Below, in pieces: positions 37,724 through 47,329 of a DNA stretch of 64,000 bases. Every line of letters starts with the position of its first letter. Position 1 is the first letter of the stretch. The notes below the pieces were generated by a model that was not told where the DNA came from, did no database searches, and worked only from the letters and a program-made list of their open reading frames with translations. The stretch is taken from assembly GCA_048882045.1 (NCBI GenBank), contig JBHLRZ010000004.1:78373-142372 (forward strand), given 5' to 3'. The position numbers and the translations under genes are program-made. The DNA is from Candidatus Thorarchaeota archaeon (GTDB lineage: Archaea; Asgardarchaeota; Thorarchaeia; Thorarchaeales; Thorarchaeaceae).

Positions 37724-39072
37724 CTTTCGTTGTTTCCATTCAGGACCTCAACATATGTCCTATTCCTACTTCTTCCATAGATTAGATAGATGAAGAAACC
37801 AATCAGGGCTAGTATCCCACCGAGTTGCAGGACATTGACATTGAGTGAAGGGATGAGCAACAAGCAAATTCCAACTCCAAGGACTGGAAAGAAGGGAAAC
37901 AAGGGAGCTTTGAATGTACCAGGCACACTGAGTCCTCTCCTCCTCAGAATGATCACTGCAAAGTTGACAATTGTCTGTGCAATAAGATATCCAAAGACAG
38001 AGAGCTGCGCCACCAATACTACGTCTGCGGACAGAGCGAACAGACTGACAAGAATGAGTACTAGAATCAGGGCTGGTATTGGTGTCTTCACCTTTTTGTT
38101 GACACTTTCAAAGGATTTTGGTAGGAACCGGTCTCTTCCCATTGAATAGACGATTCTTGCTCCTGCAAGGAACGTGGCATTCAGAGCAGCATAATTGGAC
38201 GCAGCCATACCAGCAAGACCGATGATGAGAGTTCCGGGTATCATAGCTTCAAACACATCTGCAATGGGAGTGAAGGTTTCTGCAACTTGCGCAAATGGGA
38301 CAACTCCAACGATAACAAGTGATGCAGCCATGTAGATTCCTGTACCTATCGCTACGGTAAGGAATATCGCTCGTGGTACGTTCTTTGCTGGCTCCTTGAT
38401 CTCCTCTGATGCCGACGTCACAAGTTCGAATCCTACGAAGCTGATGTAGATGAACGAAACTGTAGCCATGAAGGCTGGCAATCCTGCATTCTCAGCGAAG
38501 AAGGGAATTAGATTAGAAGGCTCGATGAAAATTAATCCAATGGCTACGAAAGAGAATAGGATGAGTGCTTGTGCGATATTCAGTATTCCGAGAACTCCTG
38601 AAACACTCTTGACACTCAATATATTGGTCACAAATGTGATTGCAATAATTACTAGTGCAATTGTCGCTACATATTGTGTTCCTTGAGGGATGAAGACAAC
38701 AAGTGTGTGAGCGACAGCCATGGCATACAATCCACATGCTACTATGTTCCCAATCATCAGGAACCACCCAGTCAGAAATGCTGGAAGCCCTCCCAGTGTA
38801 TCATGAGCAAAGGTATATCCTCCGCCCTGCTTGGGTATTGAACTAGCAATCTCCGCATAATTGATTGCGGTAAACATAGCAAGAATTCCTGTGACAAGAT
38901 ATGCTATGAAGAGTGCTGGTCCAATTATTCCAGCAGCTGTTCCTGATATGACATAGATGCCGCCTCCAAGCATCGCTCCAAGCCCAATGTTAGTTGCTCC
39001 AACAAGACCCAGATGTCGACCAAACTTACCGCTTATCTTCTTCTTCTGGATAATTTCTTGCAATAGGGCCAC
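37717..39072 (-). CDS. APC-family amino acid permease
   Basis: GAMLGGGIY, YAE.ASSIPKQGGGY, FVGFE, EEIKEPAKNVPRAI; about 12 TM. Confidence 0.92.
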   Translation of the reverse strand: MALLQEIIQKKKISGKFGRHLGLVGATNIGLGAMLGGGIYVISGTAAGIIGPALFIAYLVTGILAMFTAINYAEIASSIPKQGGGYTFAHDTLGGLPAFLTGWFLMIGNIVACGLYAMAVAHTLVVFIPQGTQYVATIALVIIAITFVTNILSVKSVSGVLGILNIAQALILFSFVAIGLIFIEPSNLIPFFAENAGLPAFMATVSFIYISFVGFELVTSASEEIKEPAKNVPRAIFLTVAIGTGIYMAASLVIVGVVPFAQVAETFTPIADVFEAMIPGTLIIGLAGMAASNYAALNATFLAGARIVYSMGRDRFLPKSFESVNKKVKTPIPALILVLILVSLFALSADVVLVAQLSVFGYLIAQTIVNFAVIILRRRGLSVPGTFKAPLFPFFPVLGVGICLLLIPSLNVNVLQLGGILALIGFFIYLIYGRSRNRTYVEVLNGNNESH

Positions 39073-39226
39073 CGTGGAATATCGTTACAAAACTCCCGAG
39101 GAATTCGCTGGATGTTTTCCAGCTCCCCATTTTGATTGCCATTTGAAGCTTTTGACGACGGAAAAAACGAAAGTTGTATAAAGTCGAATTACGTTAGGCA
39201 GATTTCATAGTTATGGAGGGATTATT

Positions 39227-39916
39227 GTGAAAAGGGAAGTAGTTTTGATATTACTGACATTTCTGTTGACGTTCATTTCCCCAATTGATGCTGTCTCTGA
39301 CCAAGGGCTGGAATGGGGAATCAAAGAAGGAGTGAGGTATGAATACACACTCAATGTAACTGACAACCGATTCGACAATGTTCTTTTAGATTGTCACTAT
39401 ATCCATAACTTCACTCTACCTCAAATCGAGAACGATGTGACTGCACTAAGGATGGTTTTGCTCAGAGTCCCATTCACCCTAACAAATGGGTCTTTGGTCC
39501 ATCCATATAATGGAGATTTTGCATATGTTGCAATTGGAAACTGGAGTCATCTTACTTCGCTACTACCTGACTCTATATCCTTCTATACAGCGGCAAGCCC
39601 CAGTAATGGTTCATATGAGGTGATTGATACAGATTCATCTTGGGGATTTTTGTTTACATCAGATTACGAAATCTGTGATGTTCCTATTGAGAAATGGGTA
39701 CACGGGTGGATATTGCATCTTGAGTTCTCAAAGGTGGATGGCGTATTGGACTACTCTTTCTTTCAGTGGTTACTTCCTGACTCTGTTGCGGATGTGACAG
39801 TCGAGGTCATTAGGACAGATACGATTTATCCATCTAATCCAACTCTAATAATTGCAGGCGGAGCCATTGTATCCATACTAATCATATCTGTGACATTCAT
39901 GAGAAAACGGAAATAA
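39227..39916 (+). CDS. secreted protein with C-terminal TM anchor
   Basis: Signal peptide, LEWGIKEG start motif, TM plus RKRK. Confidence 0.75.
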   Translation: MKREVVLILLTFLLTFISPIDAVSDQGLEWGIKEGVRYEYTLNVTDNRFDNVLLDCHYIHNFTLPQIENDVTALRMVLLRVPFTLTNGSLVHPYNGDFAYVAIGNWSHLTSLLPDSISFYTAASPSNGSYEVIDTDSSWGFLFTSDYEICDVPIEKWVHGWILHLEFSKVDGVLDYSFFQWLLPDSVADVTVEVIRTDTIYPSNPTLIIAGGAIVSILIISVTFMRKRK

Positions 39917-39992
39917 CGGACAGTTTAAATGTACATTAGCGGCGGTCTGCTTCGCCTGACAAGTAAGATTGTCTGGTAACGATGTGATTCCA

Positions 39993-40172
39993 ATGATCTG
40001 GAAAGTCAATGATAACTGTACTGCATGTGGAACCTGTGCTGATGTTTGTCCAGTTGATCCTACTCTATATGTGATCAACGACAAAGCTGTGTATCAGGTC
40101 GACCGTGCAGACGAGTGTACAGAGTGCTATGCTTGCGTCGATTCGTGCCCTGAAGGCGCGATTGAAGAATGA
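39993..40172 (+). CDS. 2[4Fe-4S] ferredoxin (copy 1)
   Basis: CTACGTCADVCP and CTECYACVDSCP. Confidence 0.93.
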   Translation: MIWKVNDNCTACGTCADVCPVDPTLYVINDKAVYQVDRADECTECYACVDSCPEGAIEE

Positions 40173-40510
40173 TAAGATAGAGCATCTTCTTCTATTCTAT
40201 CAGTCGATTTTATGCTCCTCTTGAAGATTCCTACGGGAATGGGCGTTTCTAGTTTTTTTATCTATAACCCTGAAGTTTAAATGCTGGAATGAGCCGCACC
40301 ACAAATGCGGGACTCTATTTTGAGTCTTGAGAAGAAGTGATTCAGAATGATTTGGAAGGTAACTGACCTTTGTACAGGAGAAGGAACTTGTGCCGATGTC
40401 TGTCCTGTTGACCCAACACTGTTTGTGATTGAAGGCGGCAAAGCCATCTATCAGGTTGATCGTGCAGACGAGTGTACAGAGTGCTATGCTTGCGTCGATT
40501 CGTGCCCTGA
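40104..40510 (+). repeat. 50-nt perfect direct repeat (40104-40153 = 40461-40510)
   Basis: cgtgcagacgagtgtacagagtgctatgcttgcgtcgattcgtgccctga present in both ferredoxin genes. Confidence 0.95.
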
Positions 40511-40532
40511 GGGTGCGCTTGAAGAAGGCTAA
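40347..40532 (+). CDS. ferredoxin (copy 2), probable [3Fe-4S][4Fe-4S] type
   Basis: CTGEGTCADVCP (second Cys replaced by Glu) and CTECYACVDSCP. Confidence 0.93.
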   Translation: MIWKVTDLCTGEGTCADVCPVDPTLFVIEGGKAIYQVDRADECTECYACVDSCPEGALEEG

Positions 40533-40552
40533 AGCAGAACACAGGACCATAC

Positions 40553-40616
40553 TACCATTTCCTGATGTAGGGAAATGGTAAATCGACAAGGGAGTCCATA
40601 ACATGGGCTCCCTGTC
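40553..40616. terminator. two consecutive strong hairpins after ferredoxin 2
   Basis: TACCATTTCC..GGAAATGGTA and AGGGAGTCCAT-AAC-ATGGGCTCCCT. Confidence 0.55.
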
Positions 40617-40636
40617 GCTGACACTTCTCGGTTTTT

Positions 40637-40738
40637 CTAGCGAATCTTATCTGGCTGGTTAAGAATAGAATCGAACTCTTCCTTCAATGATTCATCCACA
40701 AGAACGACTCTAATTTAAGCGATGTCGTCCGATAAAGG
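40637..40738 (-). pseudogene. truncated remnant paralog of the 40783-41055 gene
   Basis: Translates PLSDDIA*IRVVLVDESLKEEFDSILNQPDKIR* versus intact PNTDETAHVRIVLADESLKEFFDSVLGAPYKVR*; in-frame TAA at 40715-40717. Confidence 0.75.
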
Positions 40739-40782
40739 ATGTTCTTGTCAGTGACATTCTCTCTTTGTTTCAATTATAGTAA

Positions 40783-41055
40783 CTACCTGACTTTGTACGG
40801 TGCTCCAAGGACCGAATCGAAGAACTCTTTCAAAGACTCGTCAGCAAGTACTATTCTCACATGTGCCGTTTCATCTGTGTTTGGATCAAATGTGCCAATG
40901 ATTCTCTCAATCTGAGAATCATCATCCAGCATGAGCATTGTTCTTGCTTCATCGATTTCTTCATGCATTCCAAACTTTTCTCTGATTTTGTCAAAACATG
41001 CGCGATAATCTTCAGGTTTGACTCGATAGAACAGCTTCATCTCATGATTCTCCAC
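40783..41055 (-). CDS. hypothetical protein
   Basis: 90-aa ORF; coding status supported by the adjacent degenerate paralog. Confidence 0.75.
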   Translation of the reverse strand: MENHEMKLFYRVKPEDYRACFDKIREKFGMHEEIDEARTMLMLDDDSQIERIIGTFDPNTDETAHVRIVLADESLKEFFDSVLGAPYKVR

Positions 41056-41144
41056 AGGCTCTCCGAATTTTTACTACAGGGGAAGGTATAAGTTATTCAG
41101 TCTGATAGTTTTGTGATAGTTAAGTCGGGAGGACTTTTACTTTG

Positions 41145-42830
41145 ATGAAAAACCACCACAAAATAATCAGTCTGCTTGTGGTCTCTCTGATGCTCTCAGG
41201 AATCTTACCTCTCTTGATTTCACCGGTCGCATCAGTAGACTCTCCACAAAAGGACTATACTCCATCAGCATTTACGTGGCAGACATTCAACAAGAACATG
41301 AATGTCACCACATTCGTGTCTCCTGATGGAAGCCATGATGCACTATGGCATTTCCTGAATTCAGCGAAAGAAAGTATCTACGTTGAGATCTTTGGAGTAA
41401 ACAATCCATACATTCTCGATTTGATACATGAGTTGCATGATACTAAACCAACTCTTGAGATGAAGTTTCTACTGGGTTGGAACAGTATTGGATACTATAG
41501 TCCCAATGACTATGTCGCAAACAACCTGACTCTTCTAGGGTATCCAGTCAAATGGACTAGTGATACAGAGTTCAGCTATGCTCACCAGAAGTTTGTGATC
41601 ATTGATAACAAGACAACCATAGTCCATTCAGGAAATTGGGCAAAGACCAGTTTTCCTGAGGATGGAATGAAAGCCAACAGAGAGTGGAGTATTGCGATGA
41701 CAGACACAGATGTCACTCAGTACTTCAGAGATGTATTCGATTACGATTGGGGTAATGGAATTGACTACGACGCAGGTACTCATGGTACAGGTTCTCCGCT
41801 TTCATACTCTGAAACTAGCAGTACCTATCTCAGACCATTTGCCACTCCTGGCGAGTTCTCTGGACCAATGAATGTCACACCAATATTCAGTCCTGATACA
41901 AGTCTCCAGGGAATCCTGTACTGTATCAATGCAGCTCAGGCAACTCTCGACATTCAGATTCCATACTTCACTAACTGGAATGAAACTGGCAGCGTTGAAA
42001 CTATTCTAGATGCCATCATTGCAGCAAAGAATCGAGGAGTCACAGTTCGTGTGATCTCTGAGGAGGACTATGATTTCATGGAGGTCGCAGCATTATTCCA
42101 TCAGTACCAAATACCTATTGTCTGGCAAGATACAAGATGGTTTACAGCAAATCACAACAAAGGAATTATTGTTGATGGACGAATAGTTCTCATCAGTAGT
42201 ATCAACTATAGTGACAATAGCATTGAAAACAATAGAGAGGCTGGAGTCATTATAGAGAATGAGGATGTGGCTCGTTGGTACCAAGAAGTCTTCGACTTCG
42301 ATTGGGGTATGGCTGACTTTGACCACATCAACAACGTAAATCTGTACTGGAATCCCAACATCCCAACAAGTTCTTCTGAGATCAACGTGACTGTGTATGC
42401 ACATCCGCTCTATTCAACTGGTGTTACAGATGTCAGTCTTGGAGTAAAGATTGGAGATGGTAGTTGGAACAACTATTCAATCACCGCAAATGTGTTTGAC
42501 TCATCCGAGGGTGATCCAGAGAATTACTTCTATGTAATTTCACCTCAGGCTGATGGTACAAACATTACAGTACAAGCTATTGTCACAGCAGGTGGAGTGC
42601 CATATGTCAGTATACCAATGGTGATCAGAGTTCGGGATTCGATTGGTTCAATCATAACGACACCGACAACAACTACAACCACTCCAAGCACAACTCCAAC
42701 GACCACAACAACGCCAACAGGTTCGACTACACCTGATGGGACGACACAGTTACTTATGGAGCTCTTGCCATATATTGCAATTGCAGTAGTAGCTGCAATT
42801 GGTGGACTCTGTATCAAGAAGAGACGGTAA
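41145..42830 (+). CDS. extracellular phospholipase D-superfamily protein, membrane anchored
   Basis: Two HKD motifs (HQKFVIID..SGN; HNKGIIVD..SIN..NRE), signal peptide, Thr/Pro linker, TM plus KKRR. Confidence 0.92.
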   Translation: MKNHHKIISLLVVSLMLSGILPLLISPVASVDSPQKDYTPSAFTWQTFNKNMNVTTFVSPDGSHDALWHFLNSAKESIYVEIFGVNNPYILDLIHELHDTKPTLEMKFLLGWNSIGYYSPNDYVANNLTLLGYPVKWTSDTEFSYAHQKFVIIDNKTTIVHSGNWAKTSFPEDGMKANREWSIAMTDTDVTQYFRDVFDYDWGNGIDYDAGTHGTGSPLSYSETSSTYLRPFATPGEFSGPMNVTPIFSPDTSLQGILYCINAAQATLDIQIPYFTNWNETGSVETILDAIIAAKNRGVTVRVISEEDYDFMEVAALFHQYQIPIVWQDTRWFTANHNKGIIVDGRIVLISSINYSDNSIENNREAGVIIENEDVARWYQEVFDFDWGMADFDHINNVNLYWNPNIPTSSSEINVTVYAHPLYSTGVTDVSLGVKIGDGSWNNYSITANVFDSSEGDPENYFYVISPQADGTNITVQAIVTAGGVPYVSIPMVIRVRDSIGSIITTPTTTTTTPSTTPTTTTTPTGSTTPDGTTQLLMELLPYIAIAVVAAIGGLCIKKRR

Positions 42831-42843
42831 GTAGAATTATATT

Positions 42844-42878
42844 AAGGCCCTGAAAAGGGCCTTTCCCCCTTTCTTTTA
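42844..42878 (+). terminator. GAAA-loop hairpin plus T-tract
   Basis: AAGGCCCT-GAAA-AGGGCCTT then TCCCCCTTTCTTTT. Confidence 0.65.
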
Positions 42879-43469
42879 CTCTGACTTTTCCGCCAACTCT
42901 GCAAACTTGTAGCAACTCTCTGCATCCTGATTCTCTCCACGTTTCTTGTGGAGACCTGCAGCTATTCTGTACGATCTTGCCACAGCTGGCCAATTTTCCT
43001 TTGCATCAAAACAGAGAGCAAGAGCTTTCCATGTTTCTGGATTGTTAGATTCGTACTTTAGTGATTTATTGTAAGCCTCGATCGCTTCATCAATCCTCAA
43101 TAAGCTCTCAAGCGCACGCGCCTTCTTGGACCAAAGTTCTGCACTATCCGGAGCATACTCAAGTCCTAAGTCCGCTGCTGCACTGGCCTCATCAAACGAA
43201 CCGAGTGTGATATATGCCTCTGCCTTGTTTGAATGAGCCCTGAAATCATTTGGAGCGAAATTTATCGCAAGATCGAATGCAATGATTGCATCTGACTGTT
43301 CTCCAATATGGATGTGAGCAAGTCCCATTTCGTTTAACGCATCCAAGTTTTCCGGATTCTGAATGAGTATTTCTCTATAGGCCTCAATCGCTTTCTTGTT
43401 CTGTCCTTGTCGTTTAAGGGAACGTGCCTTTGATAGCATCTGTTCTGCAGTCTGTGCATCTTGCGACAT
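42876..43469 (-). CDS. TPR-repeat protein
   Basis: Several canonical TPR helix pairs. Confidence 0.88.
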   Translation of the reverse strand: MSQDAQTAEQMLSKARSLKRQGQNKKAIEAYREILIQNPENLDALNEMGLAHIHIGEQSDAIIAFDLAINFAPNDFRAHSNKAEAYITLGSFDEASAAADLGLEYAPDSAELWSKKARALESLLRIDEAIEAYNKSLKYESNNPETWKALALCFDAKENWPAVARSYRIAAGLHKKRGENQDAESCYKFAELAEKSE

Positions 43470-43585
43470 AGTACTTTCTCAACTTGTTCTAGTTTTAATC
43501 ATTCTTCTGTCGGATATCGTCAGACACAAGGATTTTAACAGGGCCACTCACTCTCCAGTCCAACCGCAATCATGAGGAAAATCAA

Positions 43586-44152
43586 ATGACTAGCGAGGAT
43601 GACACTTTCTTCGAGGAAGAAGATTACGACGAAGAAGAAGAGGATGAAGAAGAGGAAGAAGAGGATGAAGAGGACGATTTTCCTGATGCGGATGAAGATG
43701 AATATGATGGATATGATGACTATGCCATCGATGGACCATCTCGGCTCACAAAATTCGCTGATGACCCATGGCCTACTACTACATTTCTATTGATGGTCAT
43801 CGGTTTCGGTGTTGTATTTGCACCGTCTGTCTTTTGGGCAGGTGCCAACAGGTACTTCCTTTTGGCGGGATACGTCCTACTCATTCTCTGCGGAGTTGCA
43901 ATCTCTTACTCCCTTGTCACATGGGAGAAAGCCAGAGGTTCAAGACTTCGCTGGGCGGGAATGACTAACTTTATTGTCGTGATTCTCTGTGCTGTGATTG
44001 GTATAGCCGATACAATCAACTGGGTCGTGAACACACAGTCCATTATACCTGGAATCACAACTCCATTGATATCTCTGATAATGGTTCTAGTAGTCTTCTC
44101 CATCTACACTCTATGGATCGTTCAGAAGAACTTCTCCGGCCCTCGACGCTAG
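43586..44152 (+). CDS. 4-TM protein with highly acidic N-terminal tail
   Basis: About 45-residue D/E/Y tract followed by four TM helices. Confidence 0.78.
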   Translation: MTSEDDTFFEEEDYDEEEEDEEEEEEDEEDDFPDADEDEYDGYDDYAIDGPSRLTKFADDPWPTTTFLLMVIGFGVVFAPSVFWAGANRYFLLAGYVLLILCGVAISYSLVTWEKARGSRLRWAGMTNFIVVILCAVIGIADTINWVVNTQSIIPGITTPLISLIMVLVVFSIYTLWIVQKNFSGPRR

Positions 44153-44155
44153 CGG

Positions 44156-44527
44156 GTGCCCAAGATGGATTCAACGACACTGGAAGAGATGATAGTCCTT
44201 ATCAGAGACTTCGTTCAAGAAAGAAACTGGGAACAGTATAACAAGCCTGCCGCACTTGCTGTTTCAGCTTCGATTGAGATGGGTGAGCTTCTAGAGTTGT
44301 TTCAATGGAAGACAGATGAAGATGTGGAGTCTGCCCTTCAGGATGAGGAGTTCGTTGCAGCTCTAGGAGGAGAGATCATTGATGTCCTTGTGTATCTCCT
44401 GCGAATTTGTGACAAGGCTGGCATTGATCCAACACAGGCATTTCTTGATAAGATGAAGAGAAACGCCAAGAAGTACCCAATCAAGGAATGGAAGGGAAAG
44501 GCTCCGAGCAAGCTCAATCGTCAGTGA
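44156..44527 (+). CDS. MazG-like nucleotide pyrophosphohydrolase (dCTPase type)
   Basis: F..ERNWEQY, EMGELLELFQW, EIIDV, N.KKYP. Confidence 0.92.
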   Translation: MPKMDSTTLEEMIVLIRDFVQERNWEQYNKPAALAVSASIEMGELLELFQWKTDEDVESALQDEEFVAALGGEIIDVLVYLLRICDKAGIDPTQAFLDKMKRNAKKYPIKEWKGKAPSKLNRQ

Positions 44528-45308
44528 GTTTCGAGTACAGATTAGGACGGCGGTCATCGATGATATGATTCCTCTTAGTTATCATTTTGTCATCAGCATC
44601 CAATGGGTTGATCTCAACCCAAGCAAGTCCAACCTTCTCTCCATTGAGGGAAGCCATTCGTTGACCTTTCGGACTCGTAATTTGTGAGTGTCCAGAAAAT
44701 GAAACCTCGCGCTCTGTACCTATTCTATTTGCTGTCGCAGTGAAGACACGATTCTCAATTGATCTTGTAATCATGGCGTCTTGGCAATAGGGAAGAACAA
44801 GATTGGCTGGATGCAGGATTACTTGCGCACCTTTCAAAGTCAGGACCCTAGCAATCTCTGGAAACGCCCAATCAAAACAAATCATCACTCCATACTTGTG
44901 GTTCTGAAATTGTACCACAGGAGGTTCATCATTACCCTGTAGGAACCAGCTCTTTTCATTCAAGAATAACTGAATCTTCCGATATGTCGCTAGGTGCTCA
45001 CCATTCGCAAAAACACCAGCAGAATTGTAAAGTCCTTTTTCTGTTCTCTCACAGATACCTGCAACGACCATTTTATCTTGTTCTGACCATTCAAGTAGAA
45101 TCGACGAGAGAGGGCCCTCAGGAATCTCTTCCGATGAAGCAACAGCTTCTTCCTTGTTCTCAAACACATAACCTGAGTTGCATAACTCTGGCAAAACCAG
45201 TACCTCTATGGATCTCTTCTCAGCTTCTTCGAGCAGTCCCCGGATCCTAATTATGTTCTCTTCAACATTGGTGATGACAGGTTCCATCTGCCCAACAGCT
45301 AATCTCAT
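44514..45308 (-). CDS. nitrilase/carbon-nitrogen hydrolase family amidase
   Basis: E-K-C triad (LPEL, YRK, ICFDWAFPE), ENRVF..ANRIG, DRRP. Confidence 0.92.
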   Translation of the reverse strand: MRLAVGQMEPVITNVEENIIRIRGLLEEAEKRSIEVLVLPELCNSGYVFENKEEAVASSEEIPEGPLSSILLEWSEQDKMVVAGICERTEKGLYNSAGVFANGEHLATYRKIQLFLNEKSWFLQGNDEPPVVQFQNHKYGVMICFDWAFPEIARVLTLKGAQVILHPANLVLPYCQDAMITRSIENRVFTATANRIGTEREVSFSGHSQITSPKGQRMASLNGEKVGLAWVEINPLDADDKMITKRNHIIDDRRPNLYSKLTDD

Positions 45309-45357
45309 TGCTATCTCACCTTTCTCTCATGCTCCATCTGTCATGAGTTTCAATTAA

Positions 45358-46218
45358 TCAGAAGAGACCGTTTTGCATAGCAGTTTGACAGTCGCAACTC
45401 GCCTTCTTCGGAATTTTGGCAATCATCTCAAAGGTCAACTTTCTGACTCTCTCGACATTCTCTGACATTGTCTTGAGGACCATTGCATGTGTGACTACCT
45501 CATCAGCATGTACATCGTAATCTGTTGGCATTGAAATATTCACAAAACAAATTCCTGCCTCCCGAGCAAGTGCAGCTTCGGGATACGCGGTCATCCCAAT
45601 GACTTCCCATCCTTGGTTGTGATAGAACATCGATTCAGCTCGTGTTGAGAATCTCGGTCCGTTGATACAGACGTATGTTCCTCCATCATGAACCTTGTAT
45701 TTCACCTCTGCCGCAGTATCCACTGCTACCTTTCGTAGCTCGGGACAGAAGGGCTCAGCGAATGGGAGGTGTGCAATAGTCCCTTCTTCAAAGAAGGTGT
45801 CCTTTCTGACTCCCTTAGTTCTATCGAAAAGTTGGTCTGCAATCACGAACTCTCCAAGTCTGACCTTTTCTGGTTGAAGACTGCCAGTGGCAGCTGGACT
45901 GATAATTCGAGTAACACCAAGAGATTTCATTCCCCATATGTTCGCTCTATAATTGATCATATGTGGAGCGATTGTATGACCTCTACCATGCCTCGCAAGA
46001 AATGCGAATGTCCGCCCCTTGACAGTCCCCAGAATGAAGTTGTCTGATGCTGCACCATACGGTGTGAACACTTTCACTTCGATTGGATTCTCAATTACAT
46101 CAGAGTCATAGTTTCCAGAACCTCCAAAGAGTCCAATCTCAATTGGTAGAAGATTCTGAAGCTCTTCCGATTGACTTCTGTCAACAGGTACTGCTGATAA
46201 TTTTGCTTCGAATGCCAC
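45358..46218 (-). CDS. mtnP: S-methyl-5'-thioadenosine phosphorylase
   Basis: GGSG, TPYG, RHGRGH, INYRANI, GPRFSTRAE, IGMT..PEA.LARE, TDYD. Confidence 0.93.
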   Translation of the reverse strand: MAFEAKLSAVPVDRSQSEELQNLLPIEIGLFGGSGNYDSDVIENPIEVKVFTPYGAASDNFILGTVKGRTFAFLARHGRGHTIAPHMINYRANIWGMKSLGVTRIISPAATGSLQPEKVRLGEFVIADQLFDRTKGVRKDTFFEEGTIAHLPFAEPFCPELRKVAVDTAAEVKYKVHDGGTYVCINGPRFSTRAESMFYHNQGWEVIGMTAYPEAALAREAGICFVNISMPTDYDVHADEVVTHAMVLKTMSENVERVRKLTFEMIAKIPKKASCDCQTAMQNGLF

Positions 46219-46232
46219 TTTCTATATCCTCC

Positions 46233-46898
46233 TCACTTCTTCAGTCTCCAGGCCTTGTCAAGTGGGTACTCGATTTTTCCAAGGAAGCCCATGTGCGCTT
46301 TGATCTTTGAGAGTTGATCATCTGACACAACGATATTGTTGTATTCACGAAGGTGCTTCTTTAGTTCCATCGTACTGAGTTCATCCATCTTCTCGCCCTC
46401 GAAAATCTTTGTTATGAGTGCCGAAAGGTCCTCATAGAAATTCCAAGGCCATATTTCCCAGGCCCATGCCACCTCGACTCCAAAGTAGTCCGGAACGAAT
46501 TTTGAACCAGCGATATGCATGAGAGTTGCACTTTTGACACTGGTCGGTCCACAGTCCTTGACGTGATTGACCGCCATGGTCAGACTCTCGCCAGTGTCAG
46601 TAATGTCATCTACGACGAGAACATTCTTTCCTTTGACATCTCCAGTCAATGGAATTGTCAGTTTCGCTTTTCCATCCTTCGTCGCTGTAACACCCCAATG
46701 ATCGATTTTCACACTGTACAGCTCTTTGATGCCCAAGAGGTCGCATGCAATCCTCGCATGAACCCAACCTCCTCTGGCAATACCGACAACTGCATCTGGT
46801 TTCCATCCAGACTGCTTGATTTTCTCAGCAGTCTGATATGCATAGTTGTAAATGTCATCAAAATCGAGCACATAGCATAGTGGACCCTTTAGTTCCAT
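46233..46898 (-). CDS. purine phosphoribosyltransferase (archaeal type)
   Basis: IARGG, VLVVDDITDTGESL PRPP loop, WEIWPW. Confidence 0.92.
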   Translation of the reverse strand: MELKGPLCYVLDFDDIYNYAYQTAEKIKQSGWKPDAVVGIARGGWVHARIACDLLGIKELYSVKIDHWGVTATKDGKAKLTIPLTGDVKGKNVLVVDDITDTGESLTMAVNHVKDCGPTSVKSATLMHIAGSKFVPDYFGVEVAWAWEIWPWNFYEDLSALITKIFEGEKMDELSTMELKKHLREYNNIVVSDDQLSKIKAHMGFLGKIEYPLDKAWRLKK

Positions 46899-47012
46899 AT
46901 CAATCAGCCACCGAGGTCCCGGTTTTGCGGACTCTGATAAAAGTATACCCCTCTCTCTGTTTTGTCAGGAACAGTAATAGGGAGGGCTCATCTGAGGCTG
47001 TCCCGAATCCCT

Positions 47013-47327
47013 ATGTCAAACGAGAAAGAATGTGTTGGCAAAGAACCGCGGAAAATCGTTGCTCGAGTTGTGAGCCAAGAAGGACATTGTCCAATAGGTC
47101 ACAAGGTCGGAGATACTGTTGAGTTTAACCATTTTGGAGTGAAGGGTGATATTTGCATCAATGCGCTGTTTACAATGTTACCAGTTGTCTACGCAATGAT
47201 GCATAATGCGTATTTCCCTTGGTCGGAAGACCACTGTAAGGAGCTCCATGCTTGTCCTGATCCAAAGAACCCCGTTGTTTTTGAACTGGACAGGTCTCAA
47301 CTGATGCAGAGAAAAGCCTCAGGTTAA
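47013..47327 (+). CDS. TIGR04076-family small Cys protein
   Basis: G.CP.GHKVGD, ICINA, CPD..NPVVFEL. Confidence 0.8.
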   Translation: MSNEKECVGKEPRKIVARVVSQEGHCPIGHKVGDTVEFNHFGVKGDICINALFTMLPVVYAMMHNAYFPWSEDHCKELHACPDPKNPVVFELDRSQLMQRKASG

Positions 47328-47329
47328 GT

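Noticed and set aside
9686-40532. Selenocysteine read-through in the peroxiredoxin or ferredoxins
   Set aside because: Redox positions are ordinary Cys or Glu codons; the TGA ending ferredoxin 1 is followed at once by TAA.
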